Positions 36,925 through 49,700 of a stretch of 64,000 nucleotides of DNA are shown here, piece after piece. Position 1 is the stretch's first letter. Every line of letters starts with the position of its first letter. A model generated the notes under the pieces. That model was not told where the DNA came from. It did no database searches and saw only the letters and a list, made by a program, of their open reading frames with translations. The stretch comes from Laetmonice hystrix (taxonomy: Eukaryota): positions 10,850,001 through 10,914,000 of the forward strand of contig OZ249443.1 of the NCBI GenBank assembly GCA_965235115.1, written 5' to 3'. A program made the position numbers and the translations under genes.

Positions 36925-39561
36925 TGTGGTGTGTGGTGTGTAGGTCTGAGTGAGGTTGGGTGGGCTGGGGGTGGGGTTGGGGTGGAGTAGTGTGTGAGGT
37001 TGGGTGGGCTGGGGGTGAGGAAGGGGGTGAGGAAGGGGGTGGAGTAGGTCTGTGTGAGGTGGGGGTGAGGAAGGGGGTGGAGTAGGTCTGTGTGAGGTGG
37101 GGGTGAGGTAGGGGGTGGAGTAGTGTGTGAGGTTGGGTGGGCTGGGGGTGAGGTAGGGGGTGGAGTAGGTCTGTGTGAGGTGGGGGTGAGGTAGGGGGTG
37201 GAGTAGGTCTGTGTGAGGTGGGAGTGGGGTGGAGTAGGTCTGTGTGAGGTGGGGGTGAGGTAGAGGGTGGAGTAGGGTTGTGTGAGGTAGGGGGTGGAGT
37301 AGGTCTGTGTGAGGTGGGGGTGAGGTAGGGGGTGGAGTAGGTCTGTGTGAGGTGGGGGATGAGGTAGGGGGTGGAGTAGGTCTGTGTGAGGTGGGGGTGG
37401 GGTTGGGGTGGAGTAGGTCTGTGTGAGGTGGGGTGAGGTAGGGGGTGGAGTAGGTCTGTGTGAGGGGGGGGGGGTGAGGTAGGGGGTGGAGTAGGTCTGT
37501 GTGAGGTGGGGGTGAGGTAGGGGGTGGAGTAGGTCTGTGTGAGGGGGGGGGGGGTGAGGTAGGGGGTGGAGTAGGTCTGTGTGAGGTGGGGGTGAGGTAG
37601 GGGGTGGAGTAGGTCTGTGTGAGGTGGGGTGAGGTAGGGGGTGGAGTAGGTCTGTGTGAGGTGGGGTGAGGTAGGGGGTGGAGTAGGTCTGTGTGAGGTG
37701 GGGGTGAGGTAGGGGGTGGAGTAGGTCTGTGTGAGGTGGGGATGAGGTAGGGGGTGGAGTAGGTCTGTGTGAGGTGGGGTGAGGTAGGGGGTGGAGTAGG
37801 TCTGTGTGAGGGGGGGGGGGGTGAGGTAGGGGGTGGAGTAGGTCTGTGTGAGGTGGGGGGGGGGGGGTAGGGGGTGGAGTAGGTCTGTGTGAGGTGGGGG
37901 GAGGTAGGGGGTGGAGTAGGTATGTGTGAGGTGGGGGTGAGGCCGGGGGTGGAGTAAGTCTGTGTAAGGTGGGGGTGAGGTAGGGGGTGGAGTAGGTCTG
38001 TGTGAGGTGGGGGTGAGGTAGGGGGTGGAGTAGGTCTGTGTGAGGTGGGGGCGAGGTAGGGGGTTGAGTAGGTCTGTGTGAGGTGGGGGTGAGGTAGGGG
38101 GTGGAGTAGGTCTGTGTGAGGTGGGGGTGAGGTAGGGGGTGGAGTAGGTCTGTGTGAGGTGGGGGTGAGGTAGGGGGTGGAGTAGGTCTGTGTGAGGTGG
38201 GGGTGAGGTAGGGGGTGGAGTAGGTCTGTGTGAGGTGGGGGTGAGGTAGGGGGTGGAGTAGGTCTGTGTGAGGTGGGGGTGAGGTAGGGGGTGGAGTAGG
38301 TCTGTGTGAGGTGGGGGTGAGGTAGGGGGTGGAGTAGGTCTGTGTGAGGTGGGGTTGGGGCTGGGGTGGAGTAGGTCTGTGTGAGGTGGGGGTGAGGTAG
38401 GGGGTGGAGTAGGTCTGTGTGAGGTGGGGGTGAGGTAGGGGGTGGAGTAGGTCTGTGTGAGGTGGGGTTGGGGTAGGGGGTGGAGTAGGTCTGTGTGAGG
38501 TGGGGGTGAGGTAGGGGGTGGAGTAGGTCTGTGTGAGGTGGGGGTGAGGTAGGGGGTGGAGTAGGTCTGTGTGAGGTGGGGGTGGAGTAGGTCTGTGTGA
38601 GGTGGGGGTGAGGTAGGGGGTGGAGTAGGTCTGTGTGAGGTGGGGGTGAGGTAGGGGGTGGAGTAGGTCTGTGTGAGGTGGGGGTGAGGTAGGGGGTGGA
38701 GTAGGTCTGTGTGAGGTGGGGGTGAGGTAGGGGGTGGAGTAGGTCTGTGTGAGGTGGGGGTGAGGTAGGGGGTGGAGTAGGTCTGTGTGAGGTGGGGGTG
38801 AGGTAGGGGGTGGAGTAGGTGTGTGTGAGGTGGAGGTAGGTGTGGAGTATGTCTGTGGGGGTGGGTCGGGGTGGGTGGGGTGGAGTATGTCTGTGTGAGG
38901 TGGGGGTGGGGGTGGAGTAGGTCTGTGTGAGGTGGGATGGGTGTGGAGTATGTTTGTGGGGGTGGGTCGGGGTGGAGTAGGTGTGTGTGAGGTGGGGGTT
39001 GGGGTGGCGTATGTCTGTGTGAGGTGGGGTGGGCTGGGGTGGGGTTGGGGTGGAGTAGGACTGTGTGAGGTGGGGTGGTGTGGAGTGGAGTAAGTCTGTG
39101 TGAGGTGGGATGGGGTGTGGGTGGAGTAGGTCTGTGTGGGGTGGGGTGACAGTGGGTGGGGGGGGGGGGGGGGGTAGGGCTGTATGAGGTGGGGGTAAGT
39201 GTGGAGTATGTCTGTCGGGGTGGGTGGGGTGGAGTAGGTCTGTGTGAGGTGGGGGTGGGGGTGGAGTATGTCTGTGGGGGTGGGTCGGGGTGGAGTAGGT
39301 GTGTGTGAGGTGGGGGTTGGGGTGGAGTATGTCTGTGGGGGGTGGGGGGTGGAGTAGGTCTGTGTGACGTGGGTGTGGGTCGGTCTGTGTGAGGTGGGGG
39401 TAGGTGTGGAGTATGTCTGTGGGGGTGGGTGGGGTGGAGTAGGTCTGTGTGAGGTGGAGGTGGAGGTGGGGGTGGAGTAGGTGTGTGTGACGTGGGTGTG
39501 GGTCGGTCTGTGTGGGATGGGTGTGGAGTATGTTTGTAGGGGTGGGTCGGGGGGGGGGGGG
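36925..39561. repeat. 38 bp G-rich minisatellite, about 65-70 copies, degenerate at both edges
   Basis: Unit gggggtggagtaggtctgtgtgaggtgggggtgaggta. Confidence 0.96.
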
Positions 39562-39569
39562 TTAGCGTG

Positions 39570-39581
39570 TGCTGTGATTTA
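39570..39581 (-). promoter_or_regulatory. Exact match to the Gfi1 binding consensus TAAATCAC(A/T)GCA
   Basis: tgctgtgattta on + reads TAAATCACAGCA on -. Function unproven. Confidence 0.4.
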
Positions 39582-40492
39582 CACGCTCATAGACATCCAC
39601 TTTAGATTTCATCTTCGACTCCACCGATTGATCTGTGAACAAAGCGTGTAGCAGGAAAGGAACCGATTGAAACCAATCCTTAATCAAAATCACAACAGTG
39701 CAGTGGTATGGTGGCAGTGCCAGGAGTTGATGTTAGTAACGTGTAAGGACACACCCTCAACCCCTCCCGACATGCAACCACTCGCGTCTACCTTCACCCA
39801 CAGACCTATATTATCTGTGATTGCATGCTCCCCGAGTCTCAACTCTCTATTTGAGGGAGTTGATCTCAGATCAAGGACAAGATGATGAACGGATTGCCCA
39901 CGCAGGTATAGAGAACATGCACCAAGGGGCAGTGCCAATGAATTTCTTTCAGTAGTCCCCATTGTATCAACCGGCCGGCCTGCCCATTTGTCAATGGTGT
40001 AATTAATTAAATCACAACAGCCAACTACTCTATCTGGCCGAGCCAATCGAGTGGTGTGGAGCAGAGGCCGGGTTCGGGCCCGGTCAGTCTGTCGGCAAGA
40101 GGCGTCGGATTGGTCGGACTTCAGCATCTCAGGAATCTCCGGCGGATTCAGTAGATGTTCGGCCCGTTTCTCCGCTCCCGGAGGTCAGCCAAGGAGAAGT
40201 GGGATTTCTACCTGGCTAGTACCTCAGGTGAGTGATACTCTGTATATAACACAGGTAAATCTTGACCTCTGTTAGCAGATTAAAGATTAAAGATTAAAGA
40301 TAATTGTTGTAGTTTCTGCGGGGTGAAGTTGAATCCACTCGTAACATTTACATAGATGACATTGTGACGTAGACTACGTTTATTACGTCACGTAGACGCT
40401 GCTTGTGCAGCCTGACGTGACGTCACAGGATGCTTCGTGCGTTCTCGCCTTTTGACAATAATCGCCGCATTCCCGCTTGAGTTGCTTCCAAC

Positions 40493-40773
40493 AAAATCTA
40501 GATACATTGCTGGGGTTGCTCTCATGTATAGGCAAGAAAATCTAGATACATTGCTGGGGTTGCTCTCATGTATAGGCAAGAAAATCTAGATACATTGCTG
40601 GGGTTGCTCTCATGTATAGGCAAGAAAATCTAGATACATTGCTGGGGTTGCTCTCATGTATAGGCAACAAAATCTAGATACATTGCTGGGGTTGCTCTCA
40701 TGTATAGGCAACAAAATCTAGACACATTGCTGGGGTTGCTCTCATGTATAGGCAACAAAATCTAGACACATTG
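40493..40773. repeat. 44 bp tandem repeat, 6 full copies plus a partial
   Basis: Unit aaaatctagatacattgctggggttgctctcatgtataggcaag. Confidence 0.96.
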
Positions 40774-43700
40774 TGCACTTGTTAGTATATAACGGAGGAA
40801 CTTCTGATTCTCGCTCTCTGAGCAATCATCACCTTTCTCTTTCAATACGGGATACATGGCGTGAGCCATGACAGGTTTCGACAATGTAAACATTGTTTGC
40901 GCCTTTCAGACGTTAGGGAAGTGCACTTTTGAATCGAAGGACGAAGTCTTTGAGACATTTTATAAGTGTAATTGGCAGCAATAGAACTATACTAATTACA
41001 GTTTGGCTCCGCGCTTACTTAACGAGAAGAACTTTAAGAACATCCTAAGGTGCTCACACGCTTGAAGTCTTATTAACCACACGTCTGAGGTTAGGGAGAT
41101 CGAGCGTTCGTGGACGTCGGTCATAAAGAGATGATTCATTGTCGGGATGGGGTGGGGTGGGTGGGTGGGGTGGGGGTCGGGGTGGGACGCTGATGAGATG
41201 AAGGCAGGTATTTCATTAAGAGAAGACTGCCGGCGGGGTGGTCGGGTGGTGGTACCTCAACGAGTGGACGGCACGCCCGGCCTGGCTGGCTGGGGTCAGC
41301 CAGGTTATAGTCCAGCCTGGAGGTCGCTGGTTAGTAATTAACACAAGCTGGGGTCTAACATCTCGAAATGACGACGATAGTTCAGTAGAGGCCCATGCTG
41401 TAGGACAAAAGGCGGGGGATGGGGGGTATGGAGTCGGTAGAGGGGTTAGGGTGACAGAGGATGTCATAGCCAGGGTGAGGGGCCACTATAAGACCCCTCT
41501 CGGGCACAGACCCACCCTCTTTACCCCCCGACGCTACAGCACTGCAATCGGTGGGTCCCCTGAGTGTGTCCGGTCGGGGATCTTCGGTAGGCCTCGGGCC
41601 AGGCTGGTCCAGCTAGGGCTGGGCTTGTGACCACTGGCCGTCAGGACTCGGCTGGGGGTGGTGGTGGGGTTAGCCCAACAAGGCAATCAGGGCCAAATGG
41701 GCTCCGGCTGACTATAAAACGAGATGTTCTGGATCGTCGATCGACTGATCGACAGACTGGTCGACCGGCTGGTCGACCGTTCGATCGATCGATTGGATTC
41801 ATTATAATTTGAATTGTTGTCTGTTGGTGTTGGTGTTCCGTGTCGTCTGTGCCTTCTTTCCCAGCATCAAGCGGCTATAGGACTCCTTACCCACAATACC
41901 CCCCCCCCCCCCCGGCCAACTGTCCCGGACCTCATGCATGCACCAGCCTCGGCCCGGACCTGGCCAGTTGCCCTGAGCCACAGTTGATGCAGAGTAACTT
42001 GGGTTAATCATGCTGGTTGCCACCACCCTCCCCTCCGGCCATCGATGTCCATCACTGGTCGCCCCATCATCCCACCATCATCATGGGATGAGTATAGATA
42101 TACATAGTTATCGACATATACCGGCAGGAGGCCAGACTATCGCTCCAGGCGCTGTCTGAACAAATGGACATATTGACCTTTCAGTGAAGAATGTAGCATG
42201 TATCAAAATAAGAAATGAAACTAAGTAAAAATCTACATGTAGACGAGATACAGGTTGAGGTAGGTGTTAAGGGGCGGGGTTCCCGATAGACAGGGAGAGA
42301 GTAAGGTTTATTATGTAAAGACAAAAACCTGTGTAATCGTGTGAAGGATGGGAGTTTGCCGTAAGGAAGTCTTCATAGTCCGGATAGAGGATCATAGAAT
42401 GTGGGGGGGGGGAGGGGGTCCGGGCCCCCTTTGAATTTGAACCCCTCTGGATGCAACCCTGCTTCCTTGCACTATAGCTCTTTCCAGTCTGATGGTCCAC
42501 TATATATCCCGCATTCGTATATAGACCGACTGGTCTCATTTCGAACTCTCGTTTACCATCCCAACCACTGGCACACCACGGCCCACGTACGTGCACGGAT
42601 CTCCTCAACACATTGCCCACTAACGACTTAATCGAGGGGGCAATCTCGGCCCAAATTGGTCACGTGACCTGGAGGTGCATGGTGGGTAATCACGGTAGCC
42701 AAGACCTGCCGCTATTACGTAACGTATTACGGAAGCGTGGGGCCTGATTTCTCTCGGGATGGTCGGGGGGTTGGCCGATGATTACCATGCCGACGGGGGC
42801 GGGCACCGGATTAACCTGCGCCCCCTGGGGGCAGGTCCCCACTGCGCAGGCGCGGGTAAAAAGGCCGCGACCAGGGCCGTCAAGTGGCGTCTCGCCCCCG
42901 AGTCGCGCAGTTCCATTTCCGGTGCCATGAAGTCCCTCTGTTCATTTTTTCCCGCGAAGGGTGTCCGTACGAAAGACCAGCCACATTTGCAGGCAGCCTA
43001 ATTGACAAAAGACGATATATATTTAACACTTGTGATTCACATGATTGCAAAGTATTTATATAACATGGTTGCTGAATGTTGACGTCAACCATTGATATTA
43101 TGTGTAAGACATATAATATATGATTAAGTATAATATACATGTCTGTATAACCTCGTCTATGTAGGATTTACTAACGAAGCTCATTTTACATTAATATAAT
43201 TTACGACTTGATGACTCTAGGAAGTTTTATGATGCAGAGGTCAGATAGGCCATGACTACATTGGGTAGGACGGATCACATCATCCTCTATTATCGCTCAG
43301 AGGGTGGAAGGGTCCTAGACATTAAGGGCACAATTCATGGGCATTGTGGATTTATAGGATGGTCTCATGGTTACCTCGTAGATTTAATCCCAGTCTCGAC
43401 GAGATTACTCGGACGGGGAGACGAGGGGTACTAAATTTAATGTCCCCGTCATGGCAGCAGGAACATTCCTTTGCTATTGAGATAGCAGAACATTAAGGAA
43501 AGCAGCAGTAATTGAGAAACATAGCCGAAAAGGTACAAGTCAATGATTAGACGTCTGTGCCTCCGACCCGCACATTGCCTATTGACATAATCTACAGGAC
43601 GGGGTTTCTGGTCAGTGCTCCGGAACGGGTTCCATTGGAGACCGTCTTTTGATTAGTTAAATTACGAATGTCAAACCGAGGTAATCGTATTCCGTCCGTC

Positions 43701-46700
43701 TGCCGCCAGCGCCAGGGCGGCAAGGCCCGGTCCGTGTGGACGCCACCGCCCCCTAGCGGGGGTTCAACTACCAATCATGTGACAACCTGTTGACACCCGG
43801 TCAGCCACTGTCACGATTATGATTTTCTCTGTCCGCCATCGTGTCTCAGTGGTTGGAGGAGGAGATCGGTTGGTGGTTGTCATGCGTGTAGTCGAGAGAT
43901 GTCATGCTGGCGGCACACGAGCGACCGGCGTCGACCCCGCGCGTCGACGCATGTCACGCCGGAAATGAACTAGGGCAAAAAGAGGCAAAGTATAAATTGA
44001 CTCAGCAAGTAGGCGGCTGTCGTGGGGGTAAACACGATTGGAGAAAACAGCCGGGTTATCCCACTCACTACCGGCCGGTGGTCAGGCAGCAGGCAGCAGT
44101 CAGCACAGAATATATCGGAGCTTACCTTTAAGATTGTGAAATGATCGTAGTCCTGCGCCATTTGATTTAGTCATCCAATGAAGCTTTTTCGCATATGACA
44201 GAGTTTTACATCTACATTTGTATTATATGTTCGAGCTGTCTAAGCGATAGGTACAAATGCATAGACATAAATACTGTAGGTATTTGTGCATCCAATATGG
44301 AGGCTATTCTATATTCTTGCTGCTTGACGGTCAGATTTGTTTTAATCGACAAATAGCCCTCGGCTAATGTTCACTGTCCCCGCATCGTCGATTTTAAATA
44401 AAGTTTTTATTATTATTATTATTAGAATCAAGCATACACTGATTTGCGATGCAGCAAACAGTGATAAAATGAGAATACAGTGTAACAAAATACAGTTCTG
44501 CCGTTGATTTTATGCTCCTTGTGCCGAGCTGGGTCCTAAAAAGGCAGAGATTTTGGAAGAACAATAGCAAAAGAGTCCTTTCTTGTCAGAAATATCCTAC
44601 TTCCGGTTTATTTCAGTCTCCAAAACAAACGCCGCCTATCGGTAGCTACCATAGATAGCTCCTCATCTTTCTTTATCTGGCTGCTAATATTGATCTATTA
44701 ATACACAATCTATGCGGTGCTGATGGCGGGGCATGAGAGCACTTTAAAGAACCATGGGCCATGCGCAGCCAATCTCGGTCTAAATTGGCAGAAAATCAAC
44801 TCGTGGCGCCGGCGAGGGTCGGCTCGTGGGCAGATTGCGAAATGCTCATCAGATGAACGTTAAAGGTAGTTTTCGAGCGGGCATCGAAAGTCCTTTGGGT
44901 AATCGTCTGGCTGTGGTTTTTATGAAGGGCAAAATGGGGCGAAATTCTGGCGGGCAGCTCTCGAGGCAGTCAGCCGACCTTTTAATATGCGACCTTGGGC
45001 GAGCTTTGCGCGAGATTCGCCGAGAGATGGCGAGATTTGTTTACGTTCCTCTGACGGAATCTGTGATCCCCGTTTGACCGGAAGCTGATTTACCGGGCAA
45101 TATATGGGACTGAGATACCTACCGGGAAATTCGCAAATCACATTTCCACGCCAGACCTTTGAAGCTGATCGGAATCGTTGTGATAGTATAGATTTGTTCA
45201 TTTTAGGTTATGATAGACTCACAGTTTGTGGTCAGTCCTGATTCAAAACTTGGTGATTTCATGTCTATAGTACATGTATAGAGATTCATACTGCTGTAAA
45301 TGTCGTCCCCCCTTCCACCGGACCTTGTGGTAAAATCCCTTTCTAAATAAGAGCAACCCCCCTTTCCATTTAGCAGAGGGCCCCATCACTGTGTCTCTTC
45401 TAAGTCTCTATTATCATTCACATGAAAGTCACAATGGCCTGGTTGAAGCACCATGACAACAGGCCCGACTGAACGCCCCATCAACATGTCTATCGCGCGC
45501 AGACGAAATTAACCCGCGTCATTACGTCTGCTCGACGCGCAGCGCCAATTCACAGAGGAATTGCGCGCCATTTGCCTTCCATTTTAATTTCACACTAGAA
45601 TTACCTCGATTTCCATCCAGTAAAGATACGCAATTATCTCCACAAACATCATTATTGTGTTATTTACAAACATGATACGCCATGCGTTTTCTGTGAAATG
45701 TTGGCGCGCGAACGTCGCGTCCCCATGAATGCAGACGATCGTGTGCTTTGATTCGAGAAACTCCACATGTACACCGCGCCCTCATAATTGTATGCAATGA
45801 CTTCACGGAATGGGATATGAGATTAAGTGCAGCTGGTTGGATGAGTATGGTCATTGAATTAACAAATCATCGGCCACTAGGGAAGCAATTTCAAATATGT
45901 TTCATGCAGTGCAATTCATAACGGCTCACTGAAATGATAAACCGTCCGTCTTGTTCAGTTTGTAGAGAAAAACTTTTGTCTGGTTATGGTATTCTGTGAG
46001 GGCTGTAGGCCTGTCGTCAAGGCAGCTCACTGCTGGCAGAAGTATTGTAGAAATAGACCACTGAAAAGCATTATGGTCTTTCCAGTACAGACCAAACTCA
46101 GTCACATAAACGAAGCGTATACGACCATTACCATTGTGTTGTTTCGCGACATAATGAAAATAATATAAACGCTGGCGTTCGAGCGACCCTCGCGTTCCAA
46201 TCGGAGCCCGTGTGTCGGCTGCCGAAATTGGCCGAGCGCAGCCGAGGGCTGACCTCCGGGCGACAGAGCCCGATATTTCCCGGAGACGTCTGTCTGTGCC
46301 CGCGCTAACCCAGTGTTGATTAGAGTCGCCGGGACGGGAATGTGTCCCAGGAGGCAAGGAGCACCCGCCATGGAATGATCCAAGCACGCTCGCCAGGGAC
46401 ACATCGCGCTAACTAATCAGCCTGCTTCAAAGTGGCAGGACATGTTGTGTGCAGATCACCGCAGTCTATGACTCGTACAATTGAACGTCATTTCGTCATT
46501 ATTGCCTCGGCCTCGGGTCGCTAAACGTGCCCGCTCCCGTTCCGCTAGCTCACTCTCCGGATCCGGGTTCGACGTTACACTTAATGATTTTTATGCAGGA
46601 TCTGTTGTCACGAGGCGAGGCTGGTAGAATCTGAGTGATGTAATGGCAACTGTCCAACCATGAGGGTAACTCTATCCAGCCATTAAAGCACGTACTCTAT

Positions 46701-49700
46701 AAGTTAGAGTAATGGGTTCTACCAATCCCCGCTAGTTCGAGAAAGGGTCCAGATTGTTACTTAAAAATACAACCAGTTAAAACAAAAAATGAAAGAGTAG
46801 TATTTGGTGTTTACCATCTGTAAACGGGCACAACACCTGCTATATCTAACGCTAACATCACTAAGACTCCATTCAATCGGAAAATCTTAAATATGACCGA
46901 TTGGCCAAAGCTGTCCGAGTCTTACAAGACGTCTACCATGTTTGATAGGTGGCTGCAGTATTATTACCTGCCACCGACCACAAAATGCAATTGTGGACAG
47001 GAAGCCTGAAGCAGGTCGGTGGTAGTTCACGGCCGGGGCCATTTGGATAACCAGATCCCGACGGCCACCCGTAGAGAGGCGACAATTTCATGACGACTCA
47101 TGTCTTGGGGATATTTGTATGACAGCACGGGGAGCGGAGGTCAAAGCAACGACCAGAAATTGCCATTTTGTCATGATAATACAACTCCACCGGCATTGAC
47201 CTCTCCGCTACCGTGTAAAGACCCCGAGTCTTTTTAGATTCGCCCGGGAAGCAATCCAAGATGTTGTAGTGGTGCACTTTGCTGTTCTTCAATTACGACA
47301 TTAGTGGTGACGGGGCAAATAGTCGTCACAGATTTCTAAATTGTCATTCGGCCTGCCCTCTGTGAGTGGCGACCTCTGGGCGATGATAAAGGTGATAGGC
47401 ATTGATTTTCACCACGTGCCAGTGACATCTGAAACGGACGACAGAAATGTATGTAAATTAGACGTCGGTCGACTGCCCGAGGAGGTTACATGCAATATGG
47501 CAATACTGGGGGCCGCCAATGTAAGCAAAGACGGGCAGGGAAGCGAAAGGCAAATTGTGGAAATTGATGAACTGGCCATCCCGAGTCAACTCAGCAAATT
47601 GAGGACATAACAAGGCGCCTGGTTGAGGTCAGTCATTCCCGGCCAGTCTTTGAAGAGGCTGGAGTCTTTGCTGCGACTAGGAATGTGTTTTGAGGAACAT
47701 TTGATCTTCGTGTGATTCATGTCGTGTTGCTAGTCATACATCATAAACCTATAGCCCGTACAGCCCCCCCCCCCCCACCAATATCAAATGAATAGTAGGA
47801 AATGAAACTCCATGGGAAGCACATTTACCTATGAAAACTTAACCTATAACCTACAGAAAATATATTAATAATTATAATGGAAGTGACCAGCAGAGAATTG
47901 AGAGCAATAGGCAGAGACAGACAGTGAGAGGATCCCCTATTATCGCCCAACCGTTTGGCGCCACCTAAAACAATCCCATTACTTCACACGTTTCTCGCTG
48001 TACGCCCACGCAATCATAGTGGACGACGGACGCCCTAATTCAATATGGGCGTCCAGCCATTGTGTGACCTAGGCGTGAAAGGCTGGCGCCAGATTTCATA
48101 TATTCTTCTTCAATCGTACTTTACAACAGCTGCCTCCTGTACCTCAGTCAGGAGTGTACGTGCCCCCAACACACGGTCTCCAATAGTCGCAGTCGGTTCA
48201 ATATTGGAACGTCTCATCACCGTCCAATACTCTTAAGTGCCATGTATTTGTCTTCGAGAGAAGTTTCAGAAACCGGCTCCAAGCTGTCATGCAGCACTTT
48301 TCACAGTATAACAGACACCTAAATTTTAAAATGGATTGGCAGAACTTTTGATATAATCTGTAAATATAATTCAAAGATATTTTAATAATACACAGCTGTA
48401 TGGGATATAATGGGGAGTTCTTACATGCATGAAGGACGCCGTCGGGTTGACAATCAGCATTTGACTCTTGTTTGTCATCCAAAACCACATGTCATTTCGA
48501 ATCGATACTAGCAATCTAACAATTCCACCCTGATTGAACATGATAGGCTCCGACCAAACCAGTCACGTGATCTGCATTTTAATGAAGGAGAAAGTTTTCC
48601 ATCTTCAGACTGTGAGGAAATTTACACGAATTGTACTGTTGATTTTTAAAAAAATGATTTGTTTCTTTTGCAGAGGAATGAATGAAGCAGTATATTTCCA
48701 TAAATCTCATGCTTTCACTAGAATAGATGAAGTGACTATAAGTAATCGGGCTTGTCCCAAATGTCGACCTACAGAGGGCGTTGGGTACGAGTGCTGCGGC
48801 CAGCGTAGTAATATGTATGTGGAGCAGTGAATCGGTGGGACCTTGGGCCGGAAGCAGCTGCGCAAACTGATTTAATCCGGCCAAGGAGGAGGATGAAATC
48901 AGTTTGCTGTGATCCTCATGAGGCAGCGAGCGGTCGGCTAAGATTTAGCACAGACTGGCCGTGCATTCTAGTGGGAAAGTTCACGGCTCGTGTTAAACTT
49001 GATACGTCATCGTACGGTGGAGGAGTTTATAGTGAAGGAGAGATGGAAGTTTATACCTGGATGTGGCAATAAATAAGTAAACATTCTCCATGGAGGACTA
49101 GTGTGAGGCAGTGCTTGAGGGGGGAATTCATCATCAATTTGTTACTTTATTTACACTTGAAACAGTTACAAAATGTCCGACTGCGTTAGGACGTTGCCTC
49201 TCAAGGTTAAATCCAGTGAGTTAGAACCATGCATACATATCTTGACGTGATAAAATGTGGAAAAACTGAAGGTGGAAATAGAGGGGTTGGTTGGTGGAGA
49301 GAGATTGCGCTGGGTGCACTGAGCGGGAGGAGGGAGGGAGGGGGGTCAGATGTGGGATTGACGGAAGGGTCTCTGGGTGGCCCCACAATCAGGATCATGA
49401 ATCAGCTGAGACGGTCCCCATGAATATCATCACACGGCCGACCATCAGTAATTCATGAGTCGGCCCCTCACTCGGTATGCAGTCACTGGATCGCCATGAA
49501 GGATGGTCGTTTTATCGGATATTAAGTATGCTCAGAGGTCATCAGTCCACAGATTACGTGCCGTATTATCTACGTCACCCTGACCTGTAAGAATTATGGA
49601 AAGCCGGCTTGGCGTTTTTTCCTACAAAGTGAGCGAAGGACTTTGTAGGGTTTGTAGAGTGCTGACGGCAAGCCCTTTTAGGGACACAATACATTGTGTT

